From: Octopus vulgaris
Lineage: Eukaryota
Direction: 5' to 3'
NCBI GenBank assembly: GCA_951406725.2
Contig: OX597830.1
Coordinates: forward strand, 34,658,001-34,722,000
DNA length: 64,000 bases
The notes under the pieces were generated by a model. It saw only the letters and a list, made by a program, of their open reading frames with translations, was not told the DNA's origin and made no database searches. The first letter of the stretch is position 1. The number at the start of each line of letters is the position of its first letter. The position numbers and the translations under genes were made by a program. Positions 55,531 through 64,000 of this stretch are shown piece after piece.

Positions 55531-56221
55531 CTGTAGAGGGAGTGTTTGTGTATGAAGTAGTAGGAAAGACTTCCCATTTAATCCAAACGCCAAGTGACAA
55601 CGTCAACCAATGATGTAGAGATAGAATAATTTTGTCACAGGTTCCGTTACGAGATTCAGAACTTTTCAGTAAGGGTGTGCGTGGAGGTGGCGATGACGAC
55701 CAGTGATCAAGTTTGGGAATTTAATTTCGCATTATTGAACCGTAAATGCGAGTGAACCTTATCGATTAAAGATATTTGGGAATCCTTTTTCAGTGAGATC
55801 AACTTTTATCAATGCAATTCATATATATGTTCGTACTAACCCATTGACACCCACGCCCGTGTATGCACAAAGAGAATATATATATATGAATACATACTTA
55901 CATACTACGCTACTACTCGCCCCACAAACATATATACAGGCGTTTGCGTGAGTGTATGAATATACATGTATGTCTTTAGAAACACGCATTCCTATATAAA
56001 ATCATATATAAATGTATTCACAAAGACACGTTTGTATATATATATATACATACAGATACACACATTCGTACATTACATATACGTATGTACTAATATATAT
56101 ATGTGTGTGTGTGTAAAGTGTATAATTATCCACTTTCAACAATAGATACATACACATGGTATAATAATGACATTTATGAGTATTCATGCTTGAAAAATAT
56201 TCTAGCCAGCTTGTGTGTGTG

Positions 56222-56285
<64 letters not shown>

Positions 56286-56292
56286 TCTCTCT

Positions 56293-56323
<31 letters not shown>

Positions 56324-56332
56324 ACACACATA

Positions 56333-56378
56333 TCTCTATATATATAAAACTGAGAATGTGTGTCTGTCTGTTTGTCTA

Positions 56379-56415
<37 letters not shown>

Positions 56416-57235
56416 GTGTTTTCCTAAAACTTCAGAACTACACAACCAATTTCATTCAAATTTTACACATGCCATACTTAAGGTCCGGGGAGTGTCATCG
56501 GCAAAAATCTTAACTTTTTCCCTAGGGCGACCCCACAGCAATATCATATCTTCTCCACTATTTCAGTATTACGTGTTAAAAGTGAAACAAAAACATCTCT
56601 CTTTTGTAATGCAGACACTTTCACTATTAAAGTGAAAGTATTATATAAGAGGGATGCTAGAAGAAGATCCGCCGAATAAAAAAGTGTTTTGTTGAAAATC
56701 CATTTATTTAACAACAAAGAAACAAAGAGGTGAGTAGCAATCTGTCAGTGAACTACACAATATAAATGGGTACAATTTCCGAGGCTTCCACCACACCCAC
56801 TCCGTTTCACGGACCACAAAAAGGGTTTTGTAGCATATTAAGAGGCCAGAGTAGTTGATTCCACGCAAAAAATACGATTATTTTTCTTCGTGAAAATCGT
56901 GCGAGTGTTAATCTACAAATTTAACCACATTTTTCCATTCATTTCTGTTTATGAACATATATGCATGCACAAAACATGCAATAGGTGTACGTACGTACAT
57001 GTGTGTTCGTGTCTGTTGCCCATATATATTTATATTATATTATATTATATTATATTATATTATATTATATTATATTATATATATATAATATATATAATAT
57101 ATATATAATATAACCAATTTCAACGGATTTTGCCCAAATTTGACGTCGATATTACTTAGTTTGGCTGGACATAAAGAACTTGATTAACTTAATAATCGTA
57201 ACTTAATCCCGGGAAAGGCCGGGTTATACTGCTAG
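56333..57235 (+). mobile_element. Non-autonomous Helitron
   Basis: A|TC start (tctctatatatataaaa), (CTGT)n near 5' end, subterminal hairpin CCCGG-gaaagg-CCGGG (57208-57223), CTAG|T end, no TSD. Confidence 0.85.
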
Positions 57236-57259
57236 TATATATATATATATATATATAAT

Positions 57260-57445
57260 GTTCTTATTTGTTTCAGTCATTTCACTGCGGCCATGCTGGA
57301 ACACAGCTTCTTAGTCGAAGAAATCGACTCCAGGACTTATTCTTTGTAAGCCTGGTACCTATCCTATAGGTCTCTCTTGCTGAACCACCAACATCAGTTG
57401 CCAAGCGATGGAGTGGAGACAAACACAGACAGACATACACACACA
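57260..57445 (-). mobile_element. SINE family A 3' portion
   Basis: tgtttcagtcatttcactgcggccatgctgga. Confidence 0.75.
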
Positions 57446-57945
57446 CACGCACACACATATTTATATACAAACAGCGCAAAGTTGGCATAATTATGTTTTA
57501 AATTAATCAGGAAATCATAACTTTATGTTGAAAGTTGGTATATGCGGACATAGCTTCATACACACATTTTCTTATTTTTATTATATATATATATATCCCT
57601 TTCGAACGAGCAACACGTTTTCATGCTTTGAAATGACTAGATATGAACTGCTATTGAAACTTACACATCATATACAGGAAATTTTTTTACCTCTTCCATA
57701 CACCATTTCCCTCGAATAATGGGACTGCAACTACAATATCTTTATATATCTTATTTCTACTTTCACTCACTTATTTCCTTCTATATTCCCTATCTTTTCT
57801 TCAATAATTCGAACTCAAATATTTTTTCACACCGGCTCTAATAAAGGGATATCCATAATATCCCAGAAACAGCAGTAAGACTATTTCATTATAACTGTCC
57901 TGAAAACTCCTCCCAGCCTTGGATTTGTTATCTCATTCGGTCTTT

Positions 57946-58043
<98 letters not shown>

Positions 58044-58636
58044 AATATATGTATCTACATAAGGATATATATATGTATACATGTATGTATAGTTGTTCAT
58101 GACACCATTTCCTTTTTCTCGAAAAATATTCCATATTTGTTTGAAGGACAAATTCAGAACATGAATTCATTTTATTAAGTGGAAAGAAGAACCACGTTCC
58201 ATCACAACATTGGTCGTTGTAAATGGCTTTGTTAAGCATTCCAATATGTCTCAAGCATACTGGAACTGATAACAAGTTTGTACGTCACTGCTTGGTGTTT
58301 CTGTTCCGTGCTTGAAGCTCTCTATTAGTGATACAAAAATGCTGAGATCATAGTAGTATGGTTGTGACAATGCTGAAGTTTCTTTTGGTTTACATTGGTG
58401 CTATATCTGTGCTGGAGATATTTGTGCCGGCGCAACTGATATGGGGAATTTCACTGCTAAAATAAATAAATAAATAAATATCGGCGCTCAAACAAATCAA
58501 CCACTCTGTGCGAGTGAAAGCTATAGCTGACATCAACGCGATTTGATCTACACGTCCGTTTTTTGCTAGCTAATCTCACAAAGCACTCTAGATTGTGTTC
58601 TACTGCCTAACGAATCAGTCAACTCGGTCATATATA

Positions 58637-58832
58637 CGAGGAGTGCTGAAAAGAAAATACAGGAAAATCAGTTAATTCTGATTTTGTTCAACATATTCCC
58701 TTCTTAGATTCACAAATTTATTGCAGCAGTCCTTCAGTCTTTCTAAACTCTGTAAAAGAACTCGGAACGTTGGGCTTCCAACCAGGCCTTTAGCGACACC
58801 CTTAAAGCCAGGAGTTTTCAGCACCGCATTTA
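58637..58832. mobile_element. Mariner-type MITE
   Basis: TA-cgaggagtgctgaaaa ... ttttcagcacc inverted ends. Confidence 0.6.
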
Positions 58833-58961
58833 TCTATGTGTGTGTGTATGTATGTATGTATGGTTAGATAAATAGACATACATACTTACATATACATACA
58901 TATATAGATGCCATTAAAATTGAACATTTCTTCAAATATACTGTTAAATACGTCCGTATAG

Positions 58962-59132
<171 letters not shown>

Positions 59133-60139
59133 TTTATTCATACATATATAAACGTAACCAGAGACAAATTTATCTACGCACATATACAAACATACAAATG
59201 GCTATCTACCTATCTATCTCCCTTTTTATATATTTATCTGTCTCTTTCTTTACCTCGCCTCTCTACATCTATTCATATATATATATATAAAATATACATA
59301 CATTCACATGTGTGCGCGCGTATCTCTGTATACAAGGCTGCATATATGTATGTATGACTAAGCGTATATAAGCACGAATTATAAACAGCGGTCAGCTTGA
59401 CCTTTCACGAGACCCGGAACGAAAATTTCGGTATGTCGTGTTCAGTGACCCGCTTATAAAGCAGTGGAACAGTATGATAAATTAAACTGTTACACACAGC
59501 CGCAGCAACCCAAAATAATTACTCCAGAGCTTACTCGAGAAATTCCTGCAACAAAATACATTAAACATCATCTTCATCATAGAATGATCGTTAAAAATTA
59601 ATGATAATGAAGCCGCTGGCTACGACGACAACGACGACAACGGCAGCCAATGAGATTACTTCGTCGACGACGATGATGAAGCTGGTGATGATAATGACGA
59701 CGATGATAATTTTTCAGTAGAACTTGACCCAAGATGAAAATCAATTCTTTTTTAATCGTCTTTAATCCATCATCTACCGTCGATTGAACATTGTGACTGG
59801 TTTTAAACTAATAAAACCAACTGCGTCCACAAAACTAACAATGATAGCAACAATAAAGCGTTACGAGTTCTAAAATTGCTAATCTTAATATAAGTATGTG
59901 TCTGTGTGAGCCTGTGGGTGTATATATACACACATACATACGTACATACATACAATATATTAAGATATTTGTTATCTATACCCAGCTACTGTAAAAGTGA
60001 TTCGGTTTAATTGCGCAGCAAGCATTGTGTTGTATTAGAGTATCAGTCACCCGATCTTTGAATGCAGTTTGATATACAAAGATACACGCGCACGCACATG
60101 CGCACGCACACACATACATATGCATGTGTCCATTACGTA

Positions 60140-60179
<40 letters not shown>

Positions 60180-60249
60180 GATAGATAGACAAATATATAC
60201 CTATATACATATATGTATGTTCGCACGCGTGTATCTCTACACATACTTA

Positions 60250-60306
<57 letters not shown>

Positions 60307-60369
60307 TCATATATAGACATATATGTGTATATATATATTATGTTATATATGCATATAGTTTGTTTAATT

Positions 60370-60800
60370 TTTGTTTCACTCATTAGTCTGCGACCATGCT
60401 TTGGCACAGCCTTGAAGAATATTTTAGTCGAATAGATCAATCCCAGTACTTTGTTTTTAAGCCTGATACTTATTCTATCGGTATCTTATTGTAGAACCAT
60501 TAAGTTACGGATACGCTTGTCATGCGGTGATGGGAGAGAAATACAGACAAGACACACACACACACACACACATACACTCACACATGTATGTGTGTGTGTG
60601 TGTGTGTATATGTACACACACACATACAGACACATACACATTGGGCTTCTTTCAGTTTCCGTCCTCCAGATTCACTCACAAAGCTTTAGTCCACACTATT
60701 CTATAGTAGAAAAAACTTGTCTTAGTTTCCACGCAGTAGGGTTGAACCGGGAACCACGAAGCTGGCAAGCGAACTTCTTACCACAGTGTCACGCCTGCCC
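60370..60800 (-). mobile_element. SINE family A, diverged
   Basis: Family motifs in reverse. Confidence 0.7.
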
Positions 60801-60802
60801 CT

Positions 60803-60859
<57 letters not shown>

Positions 60860-62404
60860 CATACGTATAGTATTTCAGTCGTTGTGCTTATGTGTTAATA
60901 CCAATATATTTTGAGCTATTTACGTCTTCTCTTTTTAAAGAAGCCATTAATATAAACAGTGTTTTTGATTTATTTGCAAGATATAGTTGCTTAATCTTTT
61001 GCTAACCCCACTCTGATGTCATAAGAAACGAAGGTCAGTTTTGATAATATATTTGTACGTGCACTAAAACCGACAAAAGAAACAAAACAATTACAATTGA
61101 AACCTTTTGTAGCACAAACCTGTCTCCACCAGCTAAAAAAGAACATCGCCGTCATCGCCATTATCATCGTCGTCATCACCATCATCATTACATTCGTTAT
61201 TATAGTCATTGTAATTATTTTCTCTCCTTTGAATGTCATCATCAAAACTGCAATCATCGCTAACATCAATACTCAACGATGTAATTATATCCAACACCAG
61301 CATCATTGTTGTCGTCGTCGTCGTCGTCATAATTTATTATTATCGACGTCGCCCTTCTCCTCTTCATCGTCTTATGCTTTTGATCTTTGCAATTGTCGAT
61401 GTTACCTAATTCAAATTATTTGTAAAAATAATCTGCTAATTATCTTAACAGTGTTGTCATTGGATTAACTGTTAAGTTGTAGTATTACCGTTGCTGCAAA
61501 GCTATTTGTTAGGATAAGATAAGAGATTATTTGCTGAACGGCGTGTTCAAAAATAAGAACAACATAGAAAAGAAATATACAAAGAAAGCGTTTTCGGGTC
61601 ATTGAAATTTCTCTTCTGACTAGATATTGAATAGAAAACCAAGCGGACACTGTTACTGATTTTCAAACACATGAGCCAATTCAAAATTAATTTAGATGCT
61701 TTGGGGAAAATATGGAGCTTGTGTTTTGTTGCTAGTAAAATAGTGGTGAACATATATGGCCATGTTTTAATTTTATTATACATAATTGTTATAGATTCGT
61801 GTATTCAATATTGCTTTGTTCATTCGATATAGGTTTTTATATACAAAAAAACAAAGTTCCCAAGAACTTTAGCTTGTAGTTAAAATTTTCTTTTGAGACG
61901 AAAAAGCAATCATTTGCCGTAATTGTTAAAGATTCTCACAGATAAAAGATTGATAATTTCTCGAAAATCTATTTAAAAGCTACAGGATTAATTTTTGACG
62001 TGGTTAATTTCACATAACATTATTGAACTTAGTTAAATAAATCCACGCAATTACTATATATTTAATGAGTCTGCTCAAATATTTTGAAAGGAGCTAACTA
62101 ATGTATAATCTTGTAATATAAATTCAACCCAGTTTAATCTGGGGCCAAGATCTTTGCCAGGCCACTGTTTAGTATTAGACCGAAAATATTTGAGGAACAG
62201 AAACGAACAGAATCAAATTTGTATATACAATGATTACATAATCACTAATTTTGTATATGAAATAAAATCTGTATCTCACTGATGAGAACGATAACACTAA
62301 AAATATAACTAGTATAGTATCCCTTACACGCGGAGACAAAATTAAAATGCAGTGTTTATTTTTAAATAACACTTGCCTTTTTTTTCTTTTTATTATTTAT
62401 TAAA

Positions 62405-62996
62405 TTTGTTTCATATTTTGGCACAAACCCGAAAATTTTTATTAAATCGACCACTAGTACTTGTTTTAGCGACACCGAAATTAGGAAAAGTAAAGTTGAT
62501 CTCGGTGGAATCTGAATTGAAAACGTAAAAATCAGACGAAATGCCTCTATGCATTTCGCCCGGCGTGCTAACATTTCTTATTTCATTATTGCCCACAAGG
62601 GGCTAAACATAGTGGGGACAACCATGGATAGACAATGGGATTAGGCCAATTACATTGACCCCAGTACTCAACTGGTACTTAATTTATCGACCCCGAAAGG
62701 ATGAAAGGCAAATTCGACCTCGGCGGAATTTGAACTCAGAATGTAACGGCGGACGAAATACCTATTTCTTTACTGCCCACAAGGAGCTACACACAGAAGG
62801 GACAAACAAGGACAGACAAACGGATTAAGTCGATTATATCGACACCAGTGCGTAACTGGTACTTATTTAATCAACCCCAAAAGGATGAAAGGCAAAGTCA
62901 ACCTCGGCGGAATTTGAACTCAGAACGTAGCGGCAGACGAAATACCGCTAAGCATTTCGCCCGGCGTGCTAACAATTCTGCCAGCTCACCGCCTTT
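62405..62996 (-). mobile_element. Multimeric Nin/Deu-like SINE (three core modules)
   Basis: Repeated aaaggcaaa-tc-acctcggcggaatttgaactcagaa; head reverse at about 62975-62996. Confidence 0.85.
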
Positions 62997-64000
62997 ACGT
63001 ACTAATTATATCAACTCTAATTTAATGTACATACCTAAGAGCTCATTATCTGTGCAATTGCAGCATGTACACTATGCGGCTACTTCTTAAAAAGTGAAAA
63101 CTCAGAGGTGAGCGTTAGATATGAAATTCAATGACATCCCATTTCGAACCAGCAGTTTACTTCCCTCTTTATACGAGTTGGCCATTATGAATTTTGAACC
63201 GGTGGTTTCGATAATTTTGAGATCGAAAGATGAGCATACTCAAGCGTCATAATTAACCTACCACTGAGTTGTTCAATCTGCAATGTTTTGATTCCTATAA
63301 GAATAGGTTTCCATAAGATTCCTATAGTATAGTTCCCATATGGATACATGCTACTCTGAGCAAATCTTGAAGCTCTCAAGTGAAGTAAAAATATACTGAC
63401 GTTTAAAACATGTTTGTTGTTGCGCTGCTTCAGTTCAGCTCCGATCCAGCTCTTAACATCTTTTTCGTATATTTGGAAATGATTAAATTTTAACTTAGGG
63501 GAATTTGGCTTCTGTTTTTATTTTGCCTAGGATAGCTTCGACTTTGAAGGCTTATCTCAAATTTAACAGTTTTGCTTGATCGTTACGTCTATGTGCAACT
63601 AATGATCTAAAGAAGATTCATTTGAAATACTCTCGCTATTGTGGTTGTGTATTGTAGTGTTTGCCTTCATTGTTAATTAAAAAATCTTTGACCAGTGAAA
63701 AGCATTGCAACCCCTATATACATTATGCATTCAGGAACTGCATAATGTGATATATATATTCTTTTCCGATGGGCGTTTTTCGAAAAATATGTGGGTGTTG
63801 TTTCACGCAGGCCGTGCCACTGCCTACATTTCCGCGTTCGCTGATAATTCACCAGTAGTCGGTTCTCATCGAATAGCGCTATGTGATCAACAGCATCCCA
63901 ACCATAGCAATCTATCATCTATCTAGGTAATCTAGAGAAATTTCTCTGGATTACCTTATATAATATTTTCATTTTTAAGGCGATATGACGAGAATTGTTG

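Noticed and set aside
62275-62338. CTGATGA with possible stem I
   Set aside because: No GAAA box; could be chance

Overview
AT-rich, repeat-saturated eukaryotic non-coding DNA. The SINE families and extreme microsatellite load suggest an octopus (cephalopod) genome; this is an inference. No intact host protein-coding gene is supported, and nearly all ORFs in the track are translations of simple repeats. Recognisable content: a decayed Chapaev3-like (CMC) DNA transposon, a mariner transposase fragment and MITE, a non-autonomous Helitron, several decayed Penelope-like RT/GIY-YIG remnants, many tRNA-derived SINEs, and four 5'-truncated copies of a Tx1/L1-like LINE that all sit inside (GATA)n arrays. 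The most striking signal is about a dozen minimal type I hammerhead-ribozyme-like motifs from several unrelated repeat families, most with short palindromic stem III, often in inverted (fold-back) pairs. One family is a palindromic element with two head-to-head tRNA-like Pol III heads, each reading outward into a hammerhead. Also present: an element found twice inside (AAT)n tracts and a perfect 111-bp inverted duplication within otherwise decayed DNA. All calls were made by eye, and boundaries of degenerate repeats are approximate.
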